Shown in pieces: positions 8,656-17,900 of a stretch of DNA of 64,000 nt. The stretch comes from Candidatus Omnitrophota bacterium (GTDB lineage Bacteria > Omnitrophota > Omnitrophia > Omnitrophales > Aquincolibacteriaceae). The position numbers were made by a program, and so were the translations under genes. Position 1 is the stretch's first letter. Every line of letters begins with the position of its first letter. The stretch lies in assembly GCA_035352955.1 (NCBI GenBank), contig DAOPYQ010000002.1, forward strand, positions 70,737 through 134,736. The letters are read 5' to 3'. Below the pieces are notes generated by a model that saw only the letters and a program-made list of their open reading frames with translations, made no database searches and was not told the DNA's origin.

Positions 8656-9066
8656 CTAGGGTTTTAAAGTGACCAACGCCTTCTGGTTATTGTTCGTCGA
8701 AAGCACTAGCACGCAAGGCCCATAGGACGCCGACGCGCTGGCGTAAATATTGAGGAGATCGATCTTTTTGGCGGCAAGCTTTTTTGTGACCTGCATCAGG
8801 ACGCCGGGTTTATCCTCAACTTCAAGAAGCAGGACCGAATTCTCCTGCGCCCGGAAACCCTTTTTCGCCAAAAGATCCCTCGTATGGAGGGCGTCATCCG
8901 TCACAAAATTCATGAGCGCGACACCGCCCGCCGCCTGCGCCGAGATCGCCAGAATGTTGATGCCCCGGTCCGCCAATAACGCCGTGACCCTGGCAAGCAT
9001 CCCGACCTTGTTCTCCGAAACCACCACGAACTCTTTTCCTGCCTTTACACTGTGGATCATGGTCAA
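8656..9066 (-). CDS. Tandem ACT domain protein
   Basis: 136-aa ORF with two ACT-like repeats (VVVSENKVGMLARVTALLADRGINIL and LLLEVEDKPGVLMQVTKKLAAKKIDL). Confidence 0.55.
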   Translation of the reverse strand: MTMIHSVKAGKEFVVVSENKVGMLARVTALLADRGINILAISAQAAGGVALMNFVTDDALHTRDLLAKKGFRAQENSVLLLEVEDKPGVLMQVTKKLAAKKIDLLNIYASASASYGPCVLVLSTNNNQKALVTLKP

Positions 9067-9192
9067 GCCCTCCTCTTATCAAAAGTTGAGAGAGACCGGG
9101 AAGACCGCGCCTGCGGTTTTATTATACTACAAGACCGGAAAAAGAGGACCGGCTGGTTTTGCGGGCTTGAGGACGGCCCACCCTGCCTAACC

Positions 9193-10743
9193 TTAACGCC
9201 AGGAGGCACGACGCGCAAGCGCGCGGCGGTAAACTTCCTCGTATTGCTTGGCGGCATCGAGCCAAGAGAAATGTTCCAGCATGGCACGCTTGCGCATCTG
9301 GGCCAGATGGGACTGGCGGTCGTAATAAGTACTCACCGCCCACCCGACGGTGCCGCAGATCGCATCGGGCGTCTGATCATGGTAGAGGAACCCGTTGCCG
9401 GAACCGGTCTGTTCATCGTATTGACGAACCGTGTCACGCAAACCGCCGGTCGCCCGGACGATCGGAAGCGTTCCGTACTTCAAACTATAGATCTGGTTCA
9501 GTCCGCAGGGCTCATAAAGCGACGGCATCAGAAAGAAATCCGCGCCCGCTTCGACCAGATGCGCCTTGCGGTTGCTATACCCGATCCAGGCACCGACCCG
9601 GCCGGGATAAAGCGCCGGCAACCCTCCGAAAAAATCTTCCAGGGATTTTTCGCCGCTCCCCACGATCGCAAACTGGACCTTCATGTCCCGGAGGATCCGG
9701 TGCATAACAACCGCCAAATGCTGAAAACCTTTTTGCTCGGCAAGCCGGGAGACGATCCCGATCACGGGAACGTTCTCCTGCTCATCCAGAAGGAATTCCT
9801 GCTGGAGCGCTTTTTTACAAAGCTTTTTCCCCGAAAGATCGCGCGCGGAATATTTCGCCGGAAGGTTCACGTCCGTCTCCGGATCCCAATGGTCGTAATC
9901 CGCGCCGTTCAGGATCCCGAAAAGATCGTCACGGCGGCGGTTCAGGTACGCGGAAAGACCGTTCGCGCCGGGCTCGGAAAGGATCTCCTGCGCATACGTG
10001 GGGCTCACGGTCGAAATGGCGTCGGCGTAAAAGATCCCGCCTTTCACAAAGTTAACACCGCCGAAATTCTCGAACTTTGATTCCACGAAATTTTCGCTCC
10101 CGAGACCGAGAAAAGGATACGCGGTCGCCTTAAAAGTTCCCTGGTAAGCGATATTATGGATGGAAAAAACGCTGGCCGTGTCTTTGAAGAACGGATCGTT
10201 ACCGTACCAAACCTTGAGGTAAGCCGGGATCAGGGCCGTTTGCCAGTCGTGGCAATGAATGATGTCAGGTTTAAATTTGAGATCACGACAAAGCTGAAGG
10301 CAGGCACAGGAAAAAAATCCGTACCGCTCGGCATTATCGGGATGCTCCCAATTGCCGTCATCGTAGATCCCCGCGCGACCAAAGAACTGCTCATGTTCCA
10401 CAAAATAGACCGGAAACCCGTCGACCTTGCCTTCAAAAACCTGGCACCAAACTACCCCGTTCCCCGTCGGAACACCCATCGTCCTCAGCACCGGCTCCAG
10501 ACCATAATACTCGCGGCTGATCGCCCAATAACGCGGCAGGACAAGCCGGACATCGTAGCCGAGCTTCCGGAGGATCTTCGGCAGCGCACCGCACACATCC
10601 GCCAGCCCGCCGGTCTTGACGAACGGCACAGCCTCGGACGCCGCAAAAAGAACCTTCTTTTTTTTTGCAGCGGGAGCCTTCGCAGAATTTTTCGGTGCTG
10701 TCTTGATGGCCGACTTGGAAGTTACGCCGTTACTCTTCTTCAT
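9193..10743 (-). CDS. glgA: Glycogen (starch) synthase, ADP-glucose type, with a Lys/Ala-rich N-terminal extension
   Basis: KTGGLADV motif near the N-terminus and full-length GT5 architecture. The first ~30 aa (MKKSNGVTSKSAIKTAPKNSAKAPAAKKKK) form an unusual basic tail ahead of the catalytic fold. Confidence 0.9.
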   Translation of the reverse strand: MKKSNGVTSKSAIKTAPKNSAKAPAAKKKKVLFAASEAVPFVKTGGLADVCGALPKILRKLGYDVRLVLPRYWAISREYYGLEPVLRTMGVPTGNGVVWCQVFEGKVDGFPVYFVEHEQFFGRAGIYDDGNWEHPDNAERYGFFSCACLQLCRDLKFKPDIIHCHDWQTALIPAYLKVWYGNDPFFKDTASVFSIHNIAYQGTFKATAYPFLGLGSENFVESKFENFGGVNFVKGGIFYADAISTVSPTYAQEILSEPGANGLSAYLNRRRDDLFGILNGADYDHWDPETDVNLPAKYSARDLSGKKLCKKALQQEFLLDEQENVPVIGIVSRLAEQKGFQHLAVVMHRILRDMKVQFAIVGSGEKSLEDFFGGLPALYPGRVGAWIGYSNRKAHLVEAGADFFLMPSLYEPCGLNQIYSLKYGTLPIVRATGGLRDTVRQYDEQTGSGNGFLYHDQTPDAICGTVGWAVSTYYDRQSHLAQMRKRAMLEHFSWLDAAKQYEEVYRRALARRASWR

Positions 10744-10849
10744 GGGGACGCTGTTCTCCGTGTTTCTGGAAACCGGTTATTAACATAACAGAAAACCGTC
10801 ACGCGGGAAAGCACGACATGGCGGTACCCATTAGGAAACGGCATTATGC

Positions 10850-10855
10850 TATAAT
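10850..10855 (+). promoter_or_regulatory. Extended -10 element (TGcTATAAT) placing the TSS ~4-8 nt upstream of the GT2 ATG (leaderless or near-leaderless mRNA)
   Basis: tatgctataattttttaccATG: a perfect TATAAT with an upstream TG, only 8 nt from the start codon at 10864 and with no Shine-Dalgarno sequence. Confidence 0.35.
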
Positions 10856-10863
10856 TTTTTACC

Positions 10864-11754
10864 ATGATTCCTCTCGTAAGCGTCATCATCCCAACCTACA
10901 ATCGCGCCACAATCCTTCCCCGCGCCGTTGACTCCGTCCTCGCGCAAAGAGGCGTCCCTTTCGAGCTGATCATCGTAGATGATGGATCGACAGAAAAGCA
11001 GGATGGAGGATGGAGGATGGAGGATGGCGAAAAACAAAGCGCCATCCGCCACCCATCCTCCGTCATCCGTTTTTTTCGGAACGAAAAAAACAGCGGGCCA
11101 GCCGCCGCGCGGAACCTCGGCATCCAAAACGCTCGGGGCGAATGGATCGCGTTCCTGGATTCGGATGACGAATGGAAGCCGGGAAAACTGAAAGCTCAGC
11201 TGAAATTCTTCGAAGAGCATCCCGACTACCTCATAGGCCAAACCGAAGAGATCTGGATCCGGAACGGCACGCGCGTCAACCCGATGAAAAAGCATAAAAA
11301 ACACGGCGGCTTTATCTTTGAACAATGCCTGCCGCTGTGCATCATCAGCCCGTCCGCGGTCATGATGCACCGGAAACTTTTCGATGAGGTCGGCCTGTTC
11401 GACGAATCTCTTCCCGCCTGCGAAGATTATGACCTGTGGCTCCGGATCGCTTCGCGCTATCCGGTCGGCCTCATCGAAAAACCTTATATCCTTAAGTACG
11501 GCGGTCACGCAGACCAGCGCTCGCGCGAATTTCCGGCCATGGACCGGTTCCGCATTCGATCGCTTGCGAAGATCCTTTCACAAAACATCCTTAACCCCGG
11601 ACAAACTGCCGCCGCACAAAAAATGCTGGGAGAAAAAGCGGCGATCTTTATTCAGGGAGCCCTCAAGAGAGGAAACAAGGAAGAGGCGGCCGAGATCGCC
11701 GCGCTCGCGAAACGGGCAACGCCCGACCCGAAAAAAAATCTTCACATCGTGTGA
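10864..11754 (+). CDS. Family 2 glycosyltransferase (GT-A fold) with an insertion encoded by a heptanucleotide tandem repeat
   Basis: VSVIIPTYNRATILPRAVDSVLAQ...ELIIVDDGST...NSGPAAARNLG...DSDDEW. The DNA at ~11003-11030 carries (GGATGGA)x3.7, encoding GGWRMEDGE between the DDG and NSGPAAARN motifs. Confidence 0.8.
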   Translation: MIPLVSVIIPTYNRATILPRAVDSVLAQRGVPFELIIVDDGSTEKQDGGWRMEDGEKQSAIRHPSSVIRFFRNEKNSGPAAARNLGIQNARGEWIAFLDSDDEWKPGKLKAQLKFFEEHPDYLIGQTEEIWIRNGTRVNPMKKHKKHGGFIFEQCLPLCIISPSAVMMHRKLFDEVGLFDESLPACEDYDLWLRIASRYPVGLIEKPYILKYGGHADQRSREFPAMDRFRIRSLAKILSQNILNPGQTAAAQKMLGEKAAIFIQGALKRGNKEEAAEIAALAKRATPDPKKNLHIV

Positions 11755-12782
11755 TTAAAGATCCATCCGAGCAGGATGACCTGCGGCAAAGAAATAGCGA
11801 CCATCCACCCTGCCGTTCGAGGCCCCAGATTTTTCCACACAAGCCCGATCTCGGTAACGTCGGTCACGACACCGCCCATCAGGAACGCAAAAGCATTGCC
11901 AAACGCTCCCGTCTGGCGGTAGATCTCAAACGCCAACGGAGATGTCCCCTCGGAACAAACCTCAAGGACCGTCGCGGCAGCCATCGTGATCAAAAGCCCC
12001 AGAAACGTCGGACCGAGATAATGGTGGAAAACATGGGCCGGGACGAAAGCTCCTGCAAGTCCGGCCATGACCATCCCGATCAGGATCCAGCCCAGGACCA
12101 TATCCGCCAGCGCCACGCTTCCCCCGACCACGCCTCCAAGGTCCTCCCGGAAACCTTTCCAGGAAAACCGATGCTCCCGGAATCGCCGCGCAACATCTTT
12201 CCGAATCGAAAAACCTTCTTCCGTCGGAACTGAATTTGGATTTTGCTCGATCAAATTCCGCCGGCTCAACCATTGCAGGACCCAACCCGTCATGAGAGCG
12301 ACAAAAAGCGCCCCCAAGACAATAAACAGGGCCTTCGCTCCGAAAAACCCGAACAACAGGATCGTCACGGGAAGATTGGCCCACGGACTCGCAAGCAGGA
12401 AACTCACTGTTGCGGGACCGGAAGCTCCTTTTTTATGGATCTCCATCGACAGCGCAAGGATCCCGTGACTGCAAGCGCTCATCAGGAATCCGAGACCGAC
12501 GGAATAAAGGATGGTGCGTTTTCGCGAACCGGAAAGATGCTTGGAAATATATTCCCGGGGAATGTAATGATCAATGACGCCGCCCAAAAGAAGCCCGATC
12601 AGGACCGGCAGGAAGATGATCCTGGTATACCCTATGAACGAGTCATAAAACGGCCGGAAAAAAGAAAACGCCCGCGACGCAACCAGGAGAAACAGAACCA
12701 GTCCTAAGATACGAACGAGGCCTGTCTTGTACCAAGGTCTCGCCGCACCGTGCCCGCACCCACAGCGTTTTTCTTGCTCCAT
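11742..12782 (-). CDS. UPF0718/DUF318 family permease (ArsP/YraQ-like)
   Basis: The ORF table gives 11742..12824; the probable ATG is at 12780-12782 (MEQEKRCGCGHG...). Polytopic membrane protein with Cys-containing TM motifs (SACSHG, VCSEGTSP). Confidence 0.6.
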   Translation of the reverse strand: MEQEKRCGCGHGAARPWYKTGLVRILGLVLFLLVASRAFSFFRPFYDSFIGYTRIIFLPVLIGLLLGGVIDHYIPREYISKHLSGSRKRTILYSVGLGFLMSACSHGILALSMEIHKKGASGPATVSFLLASPWANLPVTILLFGFFGAKALFIVLGALFVALMTGWVLQWLSRRNLIEQNPNSVPTEEGFSIRKDVARRFREHRFSWKGFREDLGGVVGGSVALADMVLGWILIGMVMAGLAGAFVPAHVFHHYLGPTFLGLLITMAAATVLEVCSEGTSPLAFEIYRQTGAFGNAFAFLMGGVVTDVTEIGLVWKNLGPRTAGWMVAISLPQVILLGWIFNHTM

Positions 12783-12801
12783 CAGACCCCCCGAGGAACG
12801 G

Positions 12802-13170
12802 CTACTTTCCGGTTCCTTGAGCAACCGCCTTTTCCTCGGCAGCAGTTGCCGCAGGCTTTTGCACCGACTCGTAGGCGATTTCCTTCTGCGTTAACCCGGC
12901 AACATATTTCTCGGGTTCCGCCAGAAAGATCTTCTTGCAGGCGGAGCAGCAAAGGCCGTAACGCTTTCCCTGGTAGGTTACAAAATATTTCCCGGAAACC
13001 GGCCCGCCCATCACGGGACAGACCTTGTTGCCGGCATCTTCAACAACAGGTGCCGTTTTTTCATCCGCCGGAGACACCGTCGCAAAATCCTCGGCCATAA
13101 GAAACGCTACGGGGACGACTCCCAGGATCAGGACCCCAAGGATAAAACATATCGTTTTTCTTGCACCCAT
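12802..13170 (-). CDS. Membrane-anchored or secreted YHS domain metal-binding protein
   Basis: N-terminal hydrophobic segment, then a YHS domain: CPVMGGPVSGKYFVTYQGKRYGLCCSACKKIFLAEPEKY. Confidence 0.6.
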   Translation of the reverse strand: MGARKTICFILGVLILGVVPVAFLMAEDFATVSPADEKTAPVVEDAGNKVCPVMGGPVSGKYFVTYQGKRYGLCCSACKKIFLAEPEKYVAGLTQKEIAYESVQKPAATAAEEKAVAQGTGK

Positions 13171-13258
13171 GCCGGTTCCTCCGTTTCAAATTTCAAGATT
13201 GGAAAGGGGGAGGCGGAACCGGAAACCGACCCCGCCCCTCGCCTTTAAAAATTCCCCT

Positions 13259-13384
13259 TTATCTCTTGGGGCATTCGCGCTTCACGCATTGGCAGGGCTT
13301 CTTGCACTGACACTCATGCCCGGCAAACGCGCTGGTACCTGACATCATAACAAGGGCCAACATCGCTGTAATGAACTTTTTCAT
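13259..13384 (-). CDS. Small secreted Cys-rich peptide (41 aa), putative metal-binding
   Basis: The real start is the internal ATG at 13382-13384, preceded by a strong SD (AAAGGAG, 7 nt spacing). MKKFITAMLALVMMSGTSAFA (signal peptide) followed by GHECQCKKPCQCVKRECPKR. Confidence 0.4.
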   Translation of the reverse strand: MKKFITAMLALVMMSGTSAFAGHECQCKKPCQCVKRECPKR

Positions 13385-13405
13385 ATCAATCACTCCTTTA
13401 GAGAG

Positions 13406-13426
13406 CATACCCCCATAGGGTATGTC
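13406..13426. promoter_or_regulatory. Operator-like inverted repeat CATACCC-N5-GGGTATG (CsoR-type GC-rich palindrome?) overlapping a TTGACA -35 element
   Basis: Perfect 7-bp arms seen in the sequence. On the minus strand the repeat lies immediately downstream of TTGACA, upstream of the Cys-peptide/YHS/permease genes. Confidence 0.3.
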
Positions 13427-13467
13427 AACCCGCAACATAAAATCCAAAAATCCATGGATTGGTTTCA

Positions 13468-13496
13468 TTGACGCTCCAAGACGGCTCGACTAGAAT
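13468..13496 (+). promoter_or_regulatory. Sigma70-type promoter (TTGACG-N17-TAGAAT) for tsaB-alr-birA-coaX
   Basis: Near-consensus hexamers with a 17-bp spacer, ~45 nt upstream of the tsaB ATG. Confidence 0.45.
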
Positions 13497-13542
13497 GCTC
13501 CTTTATTGTTCCCTTTTTAATGTTACACGTTGAGATGAATCC

Positions 13543-14247
13543 ATGAACTTACTTGCCATCGAAACATCCGGCCCGGTCCTGAGCGTTGCGGTCAAAAAAG
13601 GCCGCGCAAAGGTCCGCCAGGCCGTCCTGAAGGGTTTCTCCCGGCACGCAGAAACCCTTCTCCCCCTCATCGACCGGCTCCTCAAAAAGGAACGCTTCAA
13701 ACTCCGGGATATCGACGCCTTCTTGATCGGACGGGGTCCGGGATCTTTTACCGGTCTCAGGGTCGGGTTCGCCACACTCAAGGGACTCATCACACTCCGG
13801 AAAAAACCCTGCTACGGGGCCTTCTCGCTCGACATGATCGCGGGCGGCATCCCGGCTTGCAAAAATGGGAAACTCCATGTATGTTTAGACGCAAAGCGTG
13901 ATAAACTTTACACGCGTTTTTACCGTTATTCTAAGAAGGGCTGGACGCCGCAGGGCGCCGCGGCCGTCCGCTCGTTTGAAGATATGGCGCAGGCGCTGGG
14001 AGAGACGGACCGGATCGCCGGCGACGGTCTCACCGCAGGGAAAAACAAGCTCCTTGGCCTTTTAAAAAAAGACCCCTGCCGAGTTCCGGAGAGATACTGG
14101 CACCCGCGGGCCGCGACCCTGATCCGGTGGTTTGAAGAAAAAAACACGATGCTCAAACCCCTGACAAGGCCCAAGGAATTATTGCCGGTTTATCTCAGGC
14201 TTTCCGAACCCGAAGAAAAACATCGCGAGAAAAAAGAAAGATCATGA
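13543..14247 (+). CDS. tsaB: tRNA N6-threonylcarbamoyladenosine biosynthesis protein TsaB (YeaZ)
   Basis: MNLLAIETSGPVLSVAV...FLIGRGPGSFTGLRVG: TsaB/YeaZ signature. The stop overlaps the alr ATG (ATGA). Confidence 0.85.
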   Translation: MNLLAIETSGPVLSVAVKKGRAKVRQAVLKGFSRHAETLLPLIDRLLKKERFKLRDIDAFLIGRGPGSFTGLRVGFATLKGLITLRKKPCYGAFSLDMIAGGIPACKNGKLHVCLDAKRDKLYTRFYRYSKKGWTPQGAAAVRSFEDMAQALGETDRIAGDGLTAGKNKLLGLLKKDPCRVPERYWHPRAATLIRWFEEKNTMLKPLTRPKELLPVYLRLSEPEEKHREKKERS

Positions 14248-15383
14248 CAGAACTCATCAAGGAAACATCCCGGATCCGGCACAGCACCTGGGTCGAGCTC
14301 CGCGCGGACGCCCTCCTTGAAAACCTGCGCATCCTCCGAAAAATTTCCGGACAAAACGATGCCCTCGCCGTCATCAAGGCGAATGCCTACGGGCACGGCC
14401 TCAAAGAGATCGCCCATGCCCTCGCGGGCCACGTCACCTATTTCGGCGTAGCGACCCTGCGAGAAGCGCTTGAGTTAAAGGAACATCACCCGCAAACCCC
14501 CGTATTCCTGTTCGGCCATTTATTTTCCCACGAGATCCCGGCCGCACTTCTCGGCGGGATCACGCTAAGTGTCTCAAACTTCGAGAAGGCCGCGGAGATC
14601 TCCAAGGTCTCGGAGGACCTCGACCGGAAAACTTCCGTGCATGTAAAGATCGACACAGGAATGGGCCGCATGGGGATCCCGGTCAACCACGCGGGACCGG
14701 TCATTGAAAAAATGATCGCGCTCAAAGGCATCTCCCTTGACGGGATCTACACCCATTTCGCCGCCTCGGAAAAAGACGACTCCTTCCGCGAAAGCCAGGT
14801 CCGCGAATTCGGACTGCTACTCCAATCCCTCGAGAAAAGGGGCATCCTGTTCCGCTTCCGCCATCTTTCCAATAGCGCCGCGAGCTTGACGCTCAAGACC
14901 CCGATGATCAACATGATCCGACCGGGCCTCGCGCTGTACGGGCTCTATCCGGACGAAAACCTCCGGAACGCCGCCCGTTTTGAATCCGTACTCTCGCTAA
15001 GATCGCGGGTCATCCTCATTAAAAAAATCCGGGCCGGAGAATCGGTCGGATACGGTCGAGAGTTCATCGCGAAAACCGATACGACGATTGCCGTGATCCC
15101 GATCGGCTACAGCCACGGCTACCCGTACACGGCATGGAAAAAAGCGTGCGTCCTTTACCGGGGCAAACGCTGCCCCTTCGCCGGCAAAGTTTCGATGGAT
15201 TACATCACCGTCAACCTCGGCGATCAGGACGCCAAGGAAGGCGACACGATCACGTTGATCGGATCCGACGGAGATGAACGCATCACCGCGGAAGAGCTTG
15301 CGGATTGGGCCGGAACGATCCCGTACGAGATTGTGACGCGGCTGAGTTCGCATTTGCCGCGTTTGGTCATAAATAACGAGTAA
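14244..15383 (+). CDS. alr: Alanine racemase
   Basis: PLP-Lys motif AVIKANAYGHGL and full-length Alr architecture. Confidence 0.9.
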   Translation: MTELIKETSRIRHSTWVELRADALLENLRILRKISGQNDALAVIKANAYGHGLKEIAHALAGHVTYFGVATLREALELKEHHPQTPVFLFGHLFSHEIPAALLGGITLSVSNFEKAAEISKVSEDLDRKTSVHVKIDTGMGRMGIPVNHAGPVIEKMIALKGISLDGIYTHFAASEKDDSFRESQVREFGLLLQSLEKRGILFRFRHLSNSAASLTLKTPMINMIRPGLALYGLYPDENLRNAARFESVLSLRSRVILIKKIRAGESVGYGREFIAKTDTTIAVIPIGYSHGYPYTAWKKACVLYRGKRCPFAGKVSMDYITVNLGDQDAKEGDTITLIGSDGDERITAEELADWAGTIPYEIVTRLSSHLPRLVINNE

Positions 15384-15447
15384 CGGATAACGAGGTGCCA
15401 CTCGTCCCTCATTCCACGTTTCTCGTCAATGATCCGAGGCAGAAGTT

Positions 15448-16002
15448 ATGATCCATTTCCAGATCCGCTACATCCCGGAAGTGACCTCGACCAACACGGT
15501 CGCGCTCGAAGAAGCCACGCAGGGCGCCGCTGAAGGCCTGGTCATTCTGACCGATCACCAGACTAGCGGCCGCGGGAAACCCGGCAATGATTGGTTTTCA
15601 CCTCGCGGAAAAAATCTTCTTTTTTCGGTCCTCATCCGGCCGCCGCTTCGCACCGACCAGGCGCCGCTCTTGACCCAGATCGCCTGCCGCGCGGTCGCGA
15701 AAGTCCTGAAAGAAAAATACGCGATCGGTTCGGAATTTAAAAGACCCAATGATGTGATGGTCGGAAACAAGAAAATATGCGGAACACTGGTCGAGGCCTT
15801 ATCAACCGGAACGGAACTTGAAGCCGCAGTCATCGGGATAGGCCTCAACGTAAATGCCGAGGCCCCGGAACTGATTCCGACCGCGATTTCCATGAAAATG
15901 ATCACCGGAAAAACCTATCCTCTTGAGGAGATCCTCGAAGGGATCCTCGATGAGTTGAATGACAAACTCAGGGAATGGTATAAAACAGGAACTATCAAAT
16001 AA
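15448..16002 (+). CDS. birA: Biotin--[acetyl-CoA-carboxylase] ligase (group I, no DNA-binding domain)
   Basis: GRGKPGNDWFSP motif (GRGRRGR.W-like biotin-binding loop). 184 aa. Confidence 0.8.
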   Translation: MIHFQIRYIPEVTSTNTVALEEATQGAAEGLVILTDHQTSGRGKPGNDWFSPRGKNLLFSVLIRPPLRTDQAPLLTQIACRAVAKVLKEKYAIGSEFKRPNDVMVGNKKICGTLVEALSTGTELEAAVIGIGLNVNAEAPELIPTAISMKMITGKTYPLEEILEGILDELNDKLREWYKTGTIK

Positions 16003-16761
16003 ATGATAAAGCGTGTCCTTGCTATAGACATCGGGAACACCGCTGCCACAGTCGGATTTTATGAGGCTGGGCGTCTTTTAGACTTTGGATCGGTATATTA
16101 TAACGATATCCCAAAATACGTTAATAAATGCATTAAAAGTGGTAGAAATTGTCATTTTGACATAGTTATAAGCTCTGTTATCCCAAAAATTACAGATTTT
16201 TTGATATGTAATTTACAAAATATTAAGCGTATAACCGTATGGGTCGCAGGAGAGAATTTACCCATCAAAATAAAGCATAAATATATTAAATATAACGAGT
16301 TAGGTTGCGACAGGAAGGTCAATATTTACGGAGCAGCCAAAATTTACCGACTCCCGATCCTAATAATCGACTACGGAACTGCCATTACTTTCGATTATGT
16401 GAACGCAAAAGGCGTTTTCAAGGGCGGCATGATCATCCCGGGACCTGAGACAGCTTTCCGCGCTCTCGGCCAGCGCGCCGCCCTGCTCCCGAAGGAACTT
16501 CCCCTCCCTAAAAAAGTTAAAAGCTTTCTCGGACGGACCACAAAAGAATGCATGGAAACCGGGATTCTCGAAGGATACGGCGCCATGACCGACGAACTCA
16601 TCCGGCGCTTCCGCCAGAGGTTCGGGAAAAAACTCCGCGTCCTTGCGACCGGCGGCTTTGCCGGAATTATTCGCCCTTATACCCGCAACATCGACACCGT
16701 CGACCCCAAACACTCCGTCAAATCCCTGCTGGCTCTCTGGCGGGAACGAGCCGGAAAATAA
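16003..16761 (+). CDS. coaX: Type III pantothenate kinase
   Basis: LAIDIGNTAATVG (N-terminal DxGNT phosphate loop), IIDYGTAITFD, ATGGFA. Contains a markedly AT-rich internal segment (~16075-16340). Confidence 0.85.
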   Translation: MIKRVLAIDIGNTAATVGFYEAGRLLDFGSVYYNDIPKYVNKCIKSGRNCHFDIVISSVIPKITDFLICNLQNIKRITVWVAGENLPIKIKHKYIKYNELGCDRKVNIYGAAKIYRLPILIIDYGTAITFDYVNAKGVFKGGMIIPGPETAFRALGQRAALLPKELPLPKKVKSFLGRTTKECMETGILEGYGAMTDELIRRFRQRFGKKLRVLATGGFAGIIRPYTRNIDTVDPKHSVKSLLALWRERAGK

Positions 16762-16850
16762 CCCCCGGTTTCTTGACAATTCAAAACCGACCTGTTAGCT
16801 TTTCGGGACTATCATATTTATTTGTTTTTATCCAAAAGGAGAACAAAAAA

Positions 16851-17807
16851 ATGAAGCGCATCATCATGATTTCCCTTGGAATTCTGTTTTTAGGAACGTC
16901 AACGGGGCTGGCGCTAGAACCGCAGCACTCGAGCAATAACGCAGACGCACCTCAGCAGCCAACGGTTTCCATCGACGAACTATCGCTACCGTCCTCCAAC
17001 ACTTCCGGCGGAAGCGTGACCATCGGCCAAACCGGAGGATTCAACGAAGGAACCGTCACAGGCGGCGGAACCATCATAACCGACCAAGGATCTACGCAAA
17101 TCGGCGGCGTGATCGGCCCCGTGATCATCGCTTACAACCGGGACCTTTCGGCGGGAACTCTTCTGCGAGATACGGTCATGCAGAGCCTGAAAGGGATGAT
17201 CTCTTCCTTCCTCAACAACGGATCCAAAAAGCAGAATCAGATGGCCGCAACGGTCCAGAAAATGGTGAATTTTTTGGATGCTTCGATCACGACCCTCGGA
17301 CCGCTCAACAGCTCCGGCGTTGAGATCACGATCGAAAAAGAAAAGAACGGCCGCCAAACCAACACGCTGACCGTCCTGAACAGGGACGGCAACATCGCGA
17401 CGCTCACGATCGTCTATCCCGCCGCGGGAAATACGCCGGCGAGTGTCAGCTACAGCGCGGAATCGATCTTCCGCAAACACGGCAATGTTTCGGCGCAATC
17501 GATCCGCAATTATGTTCGCCTCTACGGTAATCCGGAAGGGCAAGCCGCGCTTGAAGGATACCTCCGGAACCTCAAAAAGGGCGGTAAAATTTCCGGCTTC
17601 TTTTATTATTGGGCACCCGTTCCCGAAGCCAGCTATATGGAGTTTACTTCGATCGAGCACAAACGGGACGGCCGTGACATCCAGCGGACTTTACGGGTCT
17701 GGGGGGACGGAAACGTAAACTGTTCCGAAGTCATCATACATTCCGCCCCGTTGCCCCTCTCCGGCAATGCAAGCTTCGGTACCATCTCCGGAACTATCTC
17801 CCGCTAA
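16851..17807 (+). CDS. Secreted hypothetical protein (Gly/Thr-rich N-terminal region)
   Basis: The ORF table lists 16548..17807, but the plausible start is the ATG at 16851 preceded by AAAGGAG. Signal peptide MKRIIMISLGILFLGTSTGLALE. No catalytic motif. Confidence 0.55.
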   Translation: MKRIIMISLGILFLGTSTGLALEPQHSSNNADAPQQPTVSIDELSLPSSNTSGGSVTIGQTGGFNEGTVTGGGTIITDQGSTQIGGVIGPVIIAYNRDLSAGTLLRDTVMQSLKGMISSFLNNGSKKQNQMAATVQKMVNFLDASITTLGPLNSSGVEITIEKEKNGRQTNTLTVLNRDGNIATLTIVYPAAGNTPASVSYSAESIFRKHGNVSAQSIRNYVRLYGNPEGQAALEGYLRNLKKGGKISGFFYYWAPVPEASYMEFTSIEHKRDGRDIQRTLRVWGDGNVNCSEVIIHSAPLPLSGNASFGTISGTISR

Positions 17808-17862
17808 GCGAGCCTCAGAAACCCACGACCAGACCGGGTCTTACCGTGGGTGAAAAATCCGC

Positions 17863-17890
17863 TTGATTTTTCCGCTCCTCCGAATACAAT
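17863..17890 (+). promoter_or_regulatory. Sigma70-type promoter (TTGATT-N16-TACAAT) of the groEL locus
   Basis: Hexamers with a 16-bp spacer, immediately upstream of the CIRCE element. Confidence 0.45.
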
Positions 17891-17900
17891 AACGCCTCGA

